From assembly GCA_937967645.1 (NCBI GenBank), contig CALBTT010000157.1:10330-40329 (forward strand): DNA of 30,000 nucleotides, given 5' to 3'. The DNA is from an uncultured Zoogloea sp. GTDB lineage: Bacteria; Pseudomonadota; Gammaproteobacteria; Burkholderiales; Rhodocyclaceae. Under the pieces are notes generated by a model. It worked only from the letters and a program-made list of their open reading frames with translations, was not told where the DNA came from and did not search any database. Within the stretch, counting starts at the first letter, position 1, and the number at the start of each line of letters is the position of its first letter. Made by a program: the position numbers and the translations under genes. Below, piece after piece: positions 1-6,942 of the stretch.

Positions 1-1496
1 ACGCCATCGAGGCCAACGCGCGAATGCTCATCGTGGCCGACTACGACTGTGACGGCGCCACGGCCTGTGCGGTGGGTATCCGGGCCCTGCGGGCCTTCGG
101 TGCCGAAGTCGGCTACCTGGTGCCGAACCGCTTCGAATACGGCTACGGCCTGACCCCGGCGATCGTCGAACTGGCCGCCCCGCTGGAGCCCGAGGTGCTG
201 ATCACGGTGGACAACGGGATCGCCAGCGTCGAGGGGGTGGCCGCCGCGCGAGAGCACGGCATGGCCACGGTGATCACCGACCACCACCTGCCCGGCGACG
301 AGCTCCCCGAAGCCGATGTGATCGTCAATCCCAACCAGCCCGGCTGCACCTTCCAGAGCAAGTCCCTGGCCGGTGTCGGCGTGATGTTCTACACCATGCT
401 CGCGCTACGTGCGGAACTCCGCGACCGGGGCGCCTTCGAGGGCCGGAGCGAACCCAACCTGGCCGACCTGCTCGACCTGGTGGCCCTGGGCACAGTGGCC
501 GACGTGGTCAAGCTCGATCACAACAACCGCATCCTGGTCGCTCAAGGCCTCCAGCGCATGCGCGCCGACCGCATGCAACCGGGGGTCCGGGCGCTGTTTG
601 CGGCAGCCGGACGCGATGCCACCAAGGCCACCACCTTCGATCTGGGATTCGCCCTCGGCCCCCGCCTCAATGCCGCCGGCCGCCTCGCCGACATGTCCCT
701 CGGCATCGAATGCCTGATCACCGACGACATGGGACGGGCGCTCAACATCGCCCAGGAGCTGGACAAGCTCAACCGGGAGCGCCGCGCCATCGAGGCCGAC
801 ATGCAGGAAGAGGCCCTGAGCGGACTCGACCGCATCGATCCCGGCAGCCGGGCCAGCCTGGTCATGTTCGAGCCGGAATGGCATCAGGGGGTGATCGGCA
901 TCCTGGCCGGACGCATCAAGGAGAAATTCCACCGCCCCACGATCGCCTTTGCGCGGGGCAACGAGGGCGAGCTCAAGGGTTCAGGGCGCTCGATTCCGGG
1001 CCTGCATCTGCGCGACGCGCTGGATCTGGTCACCAAGCAGGCCCCGGGAATGATCCTCAAATTCGGCGGCCACGCCATGGCGGCCGGGCTCACCATCCCG
1101 GAAACCGAGCTGGAGCGCTTTGAGAAGGTTTTTGAAGAAGTGGTGCGCGATCTGATCGACCCGGCCGACCTGACCCGCCGCCTGGAGACCGATGGGGCAC
1201 TGGAGGACAGTCTCTACAACCTCGAGACCGCCCGGCTGCTGGAGCGAGAAATCTGGGGACAGGGCTTTGCAGCCCCACTGTTCGACGATGTCTTCCGGGT
1301 GGAAAACCAGCGCATCCTCAAGGACAAGCACCTCAAGCTACAGCTGCGCAAGGGCAATACGCGGATCGACGCCATCCTGTTCAACCATTCAGAGCCCGCC
1401 GCTGCGCAGATCAGGGCCGCCTTCAGGCTGGCTGTGAACGAGTACAACGGAGTCGCCGGCATCCAGCTGATGCTGGAGCATTTCGAGGCGGCCTGA
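1..1496 (+). CDS. recJ: Single-stranded-DNA-specific exonuclease RecJ, 5'-partial (gene starts upstream of the window; reading frame runs from nt 3)
   Basis: The frame is open from the window edge (…AIEANARMLIVADYDCDGATA…). It has the DHH-family motifs DYDCDGAT and VITDHHLP, then the DHHA1-like GGHAMAAG, and a RecJ-like C-terminal region. Stop TGA at 1494-1496. Confidence 0.9.
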   Translation, partial: AIEANARMLIVADYDCDGATACAVGIRALRAFGAEVGYLVPNRFEYGYGLTPAIVELAAPLEPEVLITVDNGIASVEGVAAAREHGMATVITDHHLPGDELPEADVIVNPNQPGCTFQSKSLAGVGVMFYTMLALRAELRDRGAFEGRSEPNLADLLDLVALGTVADVVKLDHNNRILVAQGLQRMRADRMQPGVRALFAAAGRDATKATTFDLGFALGPRLNAAGRLADMSLGIECLITDDMGRALNIAQELDKLNRERRAIEADMQEEALSGLDRIDPGSRASLVMFEPEWHQGVIGILAGRIKEKFHRPTIAFARGNEGELKGSGRSIPGLHLRDALDLVTKQAPGMILKFGGHAMAAGLTIPETELERFEKVFEEVVRDLIDPADLTRRLETDGALEDSLYNLETARLLEREIWGQGFAAPLFDDVFRVENQRILKDKHLKLQLRKGNTRIDAILFNHSEPAAAQIRAAFRLAVNEYNGVAGIQLMLEHFEAA

Positions 1497-1541
1497 CTCC
1501 GGACGCAGAGACTCCGGACGCAGAGACTCAGGACGCAGAGG
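1497..1541. repeat. Three tandem copies of a 15-bp unit (CTCCGGACGCAGAGA x2, then CTCAGGACGCAGAGG)
   Basis: Read directly. Copies at 1497-1511 and 1512-1526 are identical. Copy 1527-1541 differs at 2 positions. The repeat begins immediately after the recJ stop and runs into the 3' end of the convergent small ORF. Confidence 0.9.
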
Positions 1542-1731
1542 CGTCGGACCCACCCGGTTCGGAGCCCTGCGTATCCGCGGCATTGTTTGCGCCCTCAGCG
1601 GCGCCCTGGTCATCCAGAGCCTGCGGAGCGCCCGCGCGGTCATCGAGCTTGCGCAGCCGCTTGGCCTCCTGCTTGCGTTTCTTCTCCAGTTCCCGCTGGC
1701 GTTTTTCGAATGAGTAGTTGGTTTTTGCCAA
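1528..1731 (-). CDS. Small (67 aa) hypothetical protein with a Lys/Arg/Glu-rich N-terminal half and a low-complexity acidic C-terminal half; apparent TTG start
   Basis: ORF (M)AKTNYSFEKRQRELEKKRKQEAKRLRKL… The start codon on the minus strand is TTG (1731-1729), with AAGGG 7 nt upstream. No recognisable domain. The charged N-terminus resembles small conserved betaproteobacterial hypotheticals, from memory only. Confidence 0.5.
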   Translation of the reverse strand: MAKTNYSFEKRQRELEKKRKQEAKRLRKLDDRAGAPQALDDQGAAEGANNAADTQGSEPGGSDASAS

Positions 1732-1748
1732 GACGGGGCCCTTTAAAG

Positions 1749-1788
1749 AAAAAAATCACCCTCCGCGGTCTTCAACAGCCGCGGAAAG
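1749..1788 (-). terminator. Intrinsic-terminator-like hairpin followed by T7 (minus strand), downstream of the RRM gene
   Basis: Minus strand reads CCTTTCCGCGG-ctgttgaaga-CCGCGGAGG-gtga-TTTTTTT. The stem is about 9 bp with one bulge. The T-run lies 4 nt after the stem, so the geometry is not textbook. Confidence 0.45.
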
Positions 1789-1810
1789 GATGAAAAGCAA
1801 ACCTGATGCT

Positions 1811-1832
1811 GAAGCCCGACAACGCCGGGCCT
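1811..1832 (-). terminator. Weak GC hairpin just downstream of the RRM gene stop
   Basis: Minus strand reads GCCCG-gcgttgt-CGGGC followed by TTCAGCATCAGGTTTGCTTTTC. The stem is only 5 bp and the tail is moderately T-rich. Confidence 0.3.
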
Positions 1833-1855
1833 GGGATTTACGGTCAGCTGTGCGC

Positions 1856-2242
1856 TCAGTAGCGACCACCGCCGCCGAAACCGCCACCGCCGCCGGGGCC
1901 ACGACGACCACCGCCACCGCCGCCACCGAAACCACCACCACCGGGGCCGCGACGACCACCGCCGCCACCGCCGCCAAAACCGCCACTGCGCGGCTCCTGC
2001 GGACGAGCCTCGTTGACCGTCAGGTTACGACCGTCGCAACTCTTGCCATTGAGGGCGGAAATGGCTGCCTGCGCCTCCTGGTCGGAAGACATTTCGACAA
2101 ATCCGAAACCCTTGGAGCGGCCTGTTTCACGATCCATGATCACTTGGGCCGAAGTCACAGTACCGAATTCGCCAAAGATCTCTTCCAGACGACTCTTATC
2201 TACGCTGTAGGACAGATTGCCCACATAAAGCTTAGTACCCAA
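1856..2242 (-). CDS. RRM-domain RNA-binding protein with a C-terminal Gly/Arg-rich (RGG-like) tail, 128 aa
   Basis: RNP-2 motif KLYVGNL and RNP-1 motif KGFGFVEM. I place the start at TTG 2242-2240 ((M)GTKLYVGNL), with GGAG 8 nt upstream. The ORF-track extension to 2302 has no RBS and adds a non-conserved leader. Confidence 0.85.
   Translation of the reverse strand: MGTKLYVGNLSYSVDKSRLEEIFGEFGTVTSAQVIMDRETGRSKGFGFVEMSSDQEAQAAISALNGKSCDGRNLTVNEARPQEPRSGGFGGGGGGGRRGPGGGGFGGGGGGGRRGPGGGGGFGGGGRY
1859..1984 (-). repeat. Intragenic GC-rich repeat encoding the GGFGGGGGGGRRGPGG x2 (plus a partial copy) tail of the RRM protein
   Basis: The protein tail is GGFGGGGGGGRRGPGG-GGFGGGGGGGRRGPGG-GGGFGGGGRY. 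The corresponding DNA is a run of GGN/CGN codons with a roughly 48-nt periodicity. Confidence 0.8.
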
Positions 2243-2465
2243 TTGACGCGCTCCATTCAGAAAGGCGGCCTTGAGGCGGTCCGCGCATAGACACAATAGC
2301 AAGGCATCTCACGCGCGTCGAATGTTTTCGTATTGATTCGGCAAGCGTATTTCGCCCTGCCCAGCCCCCTCGCGCCGGAGGGGGTGCAGCCACCCCTGGC
2401 GACGCACCAACTGGAGGCACGGCAAGGCCTTCCATGCCCCATGAAAGGGCCTCGCCGGCGCGTCG

Positions 2466-2993
2466 CTAAAGGCCTTCCAGCAGACGCTCGCAGGCAGCGA
2501 TGTTGTCCAGGTGGGAGGTTCGCATCAGCTCCAGCATGTCGCGCGCAGCGAGATCCTCGATGCGCGGCAGCACCTCGGAAATACGCTTGACCACCCACAT
2601 CTGGCCACGGTTCAGGAACTCCAGACGCGGCACCAGCCCATCGATGGCCAGGGTCCGCCCGACAAAGGCTCCCGTCTCGTGGGAAGGCGCACCGCCGAGG
2701 CGCCGGATCGTCTTGTACAGGACGACGGCATTGGCCCCTTCATCCTGCTGCAGGCGCACCAGAAGCTCCCTTGCGGGGGAGCGGGGATCGAGGCCGTCAC
2801 GGAGCACCGCCAACACCTTGGCCCCGGCCCGCTCGGCCTCGAGCAGTGCGTTCAGCGCCGCCTCGATCTCGGGGTCAAGCAAGGCCCCTTCTTGCGGAAC
2901 CTCGCCGAAATAGTCGGGAAACTCGTCGGCCATGCAGGGGGGCGATCCGGGGCCTTCCAGCTCGGGGGAGGATTTGGGACGCGGGGGACTCAT
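2466..2993 (-). CDS. Conserved hypothetical protein, 175 aa, predicted all-helical (possibly a ferritin-like or DUF-type fold; family not securely recognised)
   Basis: ATG at 2993-2991 is preceded by AGGAG with a 5-nt spacer. The body (…EIEAALNALLEAERAGAKVLAVL…FLNRGQMWVVKRISEVLPRI…) has coding-like composition. The ORF-track N-terminal extension to 3113 is rejected. Confidence 0.7.
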   Translation of the reverse strand: MSPPRPKSSPELEGPGSPPCMADEFPDYFGEVPQEGALLDPEIEAALNALLEAERAGAKVLAVLRDGLDPRSPARELLVRLQQDEGANAVVLYKTIRRLGGAPSHETGAFVGRTLAIDGLVPRLEFLNRGQMWVVKRISEVLPRIEDLAARDMLELMRTSHLDNIAACERLLEGL

Positions 2994-3162
2994 GAAGACT
3001 CCTGATGAACACGGCTCCCGCGGCGGACCGGACGGCGGATAGCCACAACTCTGAAAGGGCGAAGCACCAGCCCCGCAGGGCCAACCCGGGTGATGCGCAA
3101 CTTCGCTCCGCAAGGCTACCCGGCTGCCCGGAACGGGGCCTTGACCTGTGATAGGGCGGCGC

Positions 3163-4065
3163 CTAGGTCCGTCGGAACCCGCCCAGCCGCTCCCGGATCA
3201 CCGGCCCCAGGCGGTGAGCAGCCAGGAAGCCCGCCGCGATGAAGACTTTGCGGGAGCTGAAGTCCGTACTGCGCGCCCGCCCCAGATCAGGCCGGATGAT
3301 GAGATCCGCGCCCGCAGTCTCATTGCTGCGCAGCGACTGGCTCATGATCTCGAAGGAGCGCTGCAGCAGCTCGAACAGCCCACCCTGCGGCTCGCTGCCC
3401 TGATCCGCGCCTCCCACGTCCACCGCCACCACGAGATCGGCCCCGAGCTGCCGCGCCGTCCTGACCGGGACGGGGCTGATCAGGCCGCCGTCGAGGTACT
3501 CCTGCCCCCCCTGCTCGGCCGGCACGAAGACCCCGGGTATGCTGCAGGAGGCGCGCACCGCGAAACCCGGGTCGCCGTTGCGCAATACCACCAGATCGCC
3601 CTGGGGATAGCGGGTCGCCACGGCCGCGAAGCGGGTCGGGAAGGACTCGATCGGACGCCCCTTGAGGGACTGGCTGACAAAATTCTGCAGGGCCTGCCCG
3701 GTCACCATGCCGCGGGGCGCCGTGCCCTGGACAAGGTCGATGATCTCGGTATCCCGGACCCGCAGGGCCAGCTCCTCCATGCGGTCGCCGGAGACCCCGG
3801 CCGCCCAGAACGCCCCGACCAGGCTTCCCGCGCTGCACCCGACGATCAGGTCGGGCTGGATGCCGAGGGCCTCAAAGGCCTTGACCACGCCGATATGGGC
3901 AAACCCCCGGGCTGAACCCCCGCCCAGCACGACGGCCAGCCGGGGACGCTCGCCTCGAACGGTCCTGGCAGGCCGGTCGGCTGCCAGGGTTGCGGTAGCA
4001 GGCATGGCCAGCCCGGCCAGCGCAGCCTGCAGTACACGCCGACGGCGGATATCCGGCGGATTCAT
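3163..4065 (-). CDS. Patatin-like phospholipase (RssA/YchK type) with a twin-arginine-type signal peptide, 300 aa
   Basis: Oxyanion GGGSARG and nucleophile-elbow GCSAG (GxSxG) motifs, plus a D-G-G catalytic Asp region (YLDGGLISPVPV). The N-terminus MNPPDIRRRRVLQAALAGLAMPATATLAA looks like a Tat signal. The start ATG overlaps the upstream gene stop (ATGA, 4062-4065). Confidence 0.85.
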   Translation of the reverse strand: MNPPDIRRRRVLQAALAGLAMPATATLAADRPARTVRGERPRLAVVLGGGSARGFAHIGVVKAFEALGIQPDLIVGCSAGSLVGAFWAAGVSGDRMEELALRVRDTEIIDLVQGTAPRGMVTGQALQNFVSQSLKGRPIESFPTRFAAVATRYPQGDLVVLRNGDPGFAVRASCSIPGVFVPAEQGGQEYLDGGLISPVPVRTARQLGADLVVAVDVGGADQGSEPQGGLFELLQRSFEIMSQSLRSNETAGADLIIRPDLGRARSTDFSSRKVFIAAGFLAAHRLGPVIRERLGGFRRT

Positions 4066-4649
4066 CGGGATGCCTTGTCGCGTCCGGTGAAGCGGGCATT
4101 CAACTCGGCCTTGAGCTTGCTGAAGGCCGCCTCGAAGGCGCCGTCGTCTTCGCCCTGGATCAGGTTGTCGACCTTCTCGTCGAGAATGACGATCTCGACC
4201 CGCCGGTTCACCCGCCGGCCGGCCTCGGAGTCATTGGGGGCGATCGGTCTGGAGAAGCCATGCCCGATCACCGCCAGCCGGGATTCGGGAACCCCCCGCG
4301 CAATCAGCGCCTGCCTTACGGCGATGGCACGATTGACAGACAGCACGAGGTTGCCGCCCTCCGGCCCGACCGAGTCGGTGTGACCTTCGAGGGAGACGGA
4401 CTTGACGGTCCTTTCGGTGAGCAGCCAGGCGACCCGGTCCATGTAGGGGCTGGACAGGGCGGGATTGAGCTCAGCCCTGCCGAAATCGAAAAGGATGTCC
4501 TCCGGCAGCCAGACAAGGACCCCTCTGTCGAGCTGGCTGACGGGCAGGCGCACGGGGGCGGAGGAAGACACCGGTGGCGTGGCGGCGCACGCCGCGAGCA
4601 CCATGGCCGCCAGGCAGGGGGCGGCGGCACGCGAGAGGAAACGGAACAT
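4062..4649 (-). CDS. OmpA/Pal-like peptidoglycan-binding lipoprotein, 195 aa
   Basis: Signal peptide with lipobox (…MVLAAC). OmpA C-terminal-like domain (FDFGRAELNP…LEGHTDSVG…NLVLSVNRAIAVRQALIARGV…NRRVEIVIL). Confidence 0.85.
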   Translation of the reverse strand: MFRFLSRAAAPCLAAMVLAACAATPPVSSSAPVRLPVSQLDRGVLVWLPEDILFDFGRAELNPALSSPYMDRVAWLLTERTVKSVSLEGHTDSVGPEGGNLVLSVNRAIAVRQALIARGVPESRLAVIGHGFSRPIAPNDSEAGRRVNRRVEIVILDEKVDNLIQGEDDGAFEAAFSKLKAELNARFTGRDKASR

Positions 4650-4758
4650 CCTGAAGAACCTGTCGGATAGACACGCCCACAGAGGCTACAGGAACGGCAC
4701 AGCCTGTCTTTCAAATCTTGTTAAACCGCAGCGCGCCCAGGCCGGCCGGCGCAGTCGC

Positions 4759-6789
4759 TCAGCGCCGGGACAGGCTCACCTGGTCACGACCAGACCGTTT
4801 GGCCTCATACATCGCCCGGTCGGCCGCCAGCAACAGGCTGGACTCGCTGCGCCCGTCATCCGGGTACAGGGCCACACCGATGCTCGAGGAGACCTCGAGG
4901 CTGAGTCCGGACACCAGGAAGGGGGCGACCAGTGCGCTGCGGATCTTCTCGGCAACCCTGAGGGCATCATCCGACACCTCGACCCGTGGCAGCAGCACCA
5001 CGAACTCGTCGCCCCCGAAGCGCCCGACGGTGTCGGACTCGCGCACGCAGTCCCGCATGCGCTGTGCGGCCTCCCGCAACAGGAGATCGCCGACCGCATG
5101 GCCATGGGTGTCATTCACCGGCTTGAAACGATCCAGGTCGATATACAGCAGCGCCACCCCATGGCTCTCCCGGCGTGCCGAGGCCAGGGCCTGGGACAGA
5201 CGGTCGGTGACCAGTGCCCGGTTGGGCAGGCCGGTCAGGGTGTCATGCTCGGCCAGGTAGGCGATACGCTCCTGCGACGCGCGGCGCTCGGTGATATCCC
5301 GGGTCACCCCCTGGAGCTCCAGACCGCCGGTGCGCAGGTTGACGCTGTAGGTGGACACGATCTCGGTCCATACCGTGGAGCCGTCCTTGCAGGGCTGCTC
5401 GAAAATGTCGGTGTAGAACTGCCGGTGATCCGGGTCCGCCCGGAACGCCCGCGCGCGCTGACGTATCAGGTTGCGCAGCGCCCCCCGCTCCTGGGCCTGG
5501 AACGACAGGTCGATGGTCGTCCCGACCAGTTCGGCGGCCGTGTAGCCCCGCAGCCCTTCGATGGACGGACTCACATAGGTGTAGCGCAGGGAATCCGCAT
5601 CGGCAATCCAGGCCACGTCCTTCATGCTCTCGGTCAGCAGCCGATACTTCAATTCACTGGCGTGCAGGTCGTCCACCGCCCGGCGCGACTCGGCCACGCT
5701 CACCACCAGGCGCCGGTTAATCCGGTGGATGTAGGCCGCGACGCCCGCCACCAGCACGATCGCTGCCAGGGCGGCGCCGAGGTAGAGGCGCAGCCCTTCG
5801 AGATCCGCCTTGCCGTCATCCGTGAACAGGAAGCCGGAGTAGTCGAACTGGCGCGGCAGCATCCCCATGTCACCATACACATCGGCAATCTGCTGCCAGC
5901 GGGCCGGGCTCATGTAACCGACCTCGACCAGGTCCGACTGGATCAGCGGCATCATCTCCCGGGCCTCGAACAGCAGGAAGTCCAGCGACTGATCCGGCGC
6001 GTAGCGGGTCTGGATCAGCGCCGCGATCTCCTCCGGATGCTCCATCGCATAGCGCCAGCCCTTCAGGCTGGCCTGGCGAAAGGCGCGTACCAGTTCAGGC
6101 CGCTGACGCAGCTGGCTTTCGGTGGTGAACAGGTTGTCCCCGTAGAAATCCACCCCACCCGAGCGCGGTGTGAACATGCGGTAGGCCACGCCCACCCGCT
6201 CCAGATGGTAGGGCTCGACGGAAGAGTAGGCGGACATGGCATCGACGCGCCCTTCCACCAGATCATTGATGTCGAAGGAGTGCTCCACCTGACGCAGGCC
6301 GTCCACCGGCACCTGCTCGCGCCGCAGGTAGGCCAGGAGCTCATCGGAGCCCCGCTCGATCATCACCTTCCGCCCGGCCAGGTCGGCCATGCTGCGGACC
6401 GCCGAATCCCGGCGGGTCAGCAGCACGAGCGGCGAATGCTGGAACACCGCGGCGAGCACCACCACCGGCTGCCCCGCCTTCCTGGCGAGCAACAGCCCGC
6501 TCATCCCCACTCCGAAATCGGCCCTTCCGCTGAGCACCTCTCCCAGCACATCCGTCCGGGGCGTGGCCTCCAGCAAGCGGACATCGAGCCCGGCGGCCTT
6601 GTAGTAGCCCTTCTCCTGCGCCGCGTAATAACCCGCGAACTGGAAGCCGTGGGTCCACTTGAGCTGCAGGGTCACCGGCGTCTGGGCCCACAGGGCGGAG
6701 ACCTGGAACAGCAACATCAGGCCAGCCAGGCCACGAAGCAGGAGCGAACCGGAGAAAGACCGGCGAACAGGAGGCATGAATGGGCGCAT
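4759..6789 (-). CDS. Sensor diguanylate cyclase: signal/TM, periplasmic NMT1/SsuA-like solute-binding domain, TM, PAS, GGDEF
   Basis: LQLKWTHGFQFAGYYAAQEKGYY… is an ABC-type substrate-binding-like domain. A second TM follows (LYLGAALAAIVLVAGVAAYI), then a PAS region, then GGDEF (RFGGDEFVVLL) with an RESD I-site 5 residues upstream. The start is uncertain: ATG 6789, ATG 6777 or TTG 6807. Confidence 0.85.
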   Translation of the reverse strand: MRPFMPPVRRSFSGSLLLRGLAGLMLLFQVSALWAQTPVTLQLKWTHGFQFAGYYAAQEKGYYKAAGLDVRLLEATPRTDVLGEVLSGRADFGVGMSGLLLARKAGQPVVVLAAVFQHSPLVLLTRRDSAVRSMADLAGRKVMIERGSDELLAYLRREQVPVDGLRQVEHSFDINDLVEGRVDAMSAYSSVEPYHLERVGVAYRMFTPRSGGVDFYGDNLFTTESQLRQRPELVRAFRQASLKGWRYAMEHPEEIAALIQTRYAPDQSLDFLLFEAREMMPLIQSDLVEVGYMSPARWQQIADVYGDMGMLPRQFDYSGFLFTDDGKADLEGLRLYLGAALAAIVLVAGVAAYIHRINRRLVVSVAESRRAVDDLHASELKYRLLTESMKDVAWIADADSLRYTYVSPSIEGLRGYTAAELVGTTIDLSFQAQERGALRNLIRQRARAFRADPDHRQFYTDIFEQPCKDGSTVWTEIVSTYSVNLRTGGLELQGVTRDITERRASQERIAYLAEHDTLTGLPNRALVTDRLSQALASARRESHGVALLYIDLDRFKPVNDTHGHAVGDLLLREAAQRMRDCVRESDTVGRFGGDEFVVLLPRVEVSDDALRVAEKIRSALVAPFLVSGLSLEVSSSIGVALYPDDGRSESSLLLAADRAMYEAKRSGRDQVSLSRR

Positions 6790-6942
6790 GTTCAGACGAG
6801 CTTTCAAGTATACCGGCTAGCCTGTGGCCGCTGCGCCCCGGCGGAATCACGATTTTCATGAGGAAAATGTCCGCCGATGCAGGTATTGTTTCCGGCGCTT
6901 CCGGCCACCTCCCGGACATAACAGCCTTCGGAGACACGCAAC

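Noticed and set aside
1718-2290. 190-aa plus-strand ORF with a striking Thr/Ala repeat (…TAAETATAAGATTTTATAATETTTTGAATTTAATAAKTATA…).
   Set aside because: It is the antisense reading of the Gly-rich (GGN) tail of the RRM gene. The RRM frame has canonical RNP motifs, a good RBS and a terminator.
2364-2385. GC hairpin (GCCCCCTC-gcgccg-GAGGGGGT) between the hypothetical gene and the RRM gene, considered as a terminator.
   Set aside because: No T-run follows on the minus strand, and the stem is short for a GC-rich genome. It could equally be part of the RRM gene promoter or leader. I leave it uncalled.
3163-4065. Patatin-like phospholipase as a possible CBASS/anti-phage effector.
   Set aside because: There is no adjacent cyclase, nucleotidyltransferase, E1/E2/JAB or sensor gene. 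The protein has an export signal and is coupled to an OmpA-like lipoprotein, which points to an envelope role rather than abortive-infection signalling.
4465-6861. 798-aa plus-strand ORF across the whole GGDEF gene. The same phenomenon occurs at 6856-9135(-), 13204-14649(-), 14463-17012(-), 15629-17032(+), 17666-18673(-), 19115-20362(+), 20073-21317(-), 21605-23080(-), 24045-25169(+), 10329-11249(+) and 3148-3915(+).
   Set aside because: These are mirror-image or alternate-frame ORFs of genes with clear domain content. Their translations are Arg/Gly/Ala/Pro/His-rich low-complexity strings with no motifs. Stop-poor antisense frames are expected in about 65-70% GC DNA.
6844-6866. Fur-box-like AT-rich sequence (GGAATCACGATTTTCATGAGGAAAATG) upstream of the TonB-dependent receptor.
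   Set aside because: The best hand alignment to GATAATGATAATCATTATC matches only about 11/19 positions. That is too weak to claim iron regulation without a PWM scan or comparative support.
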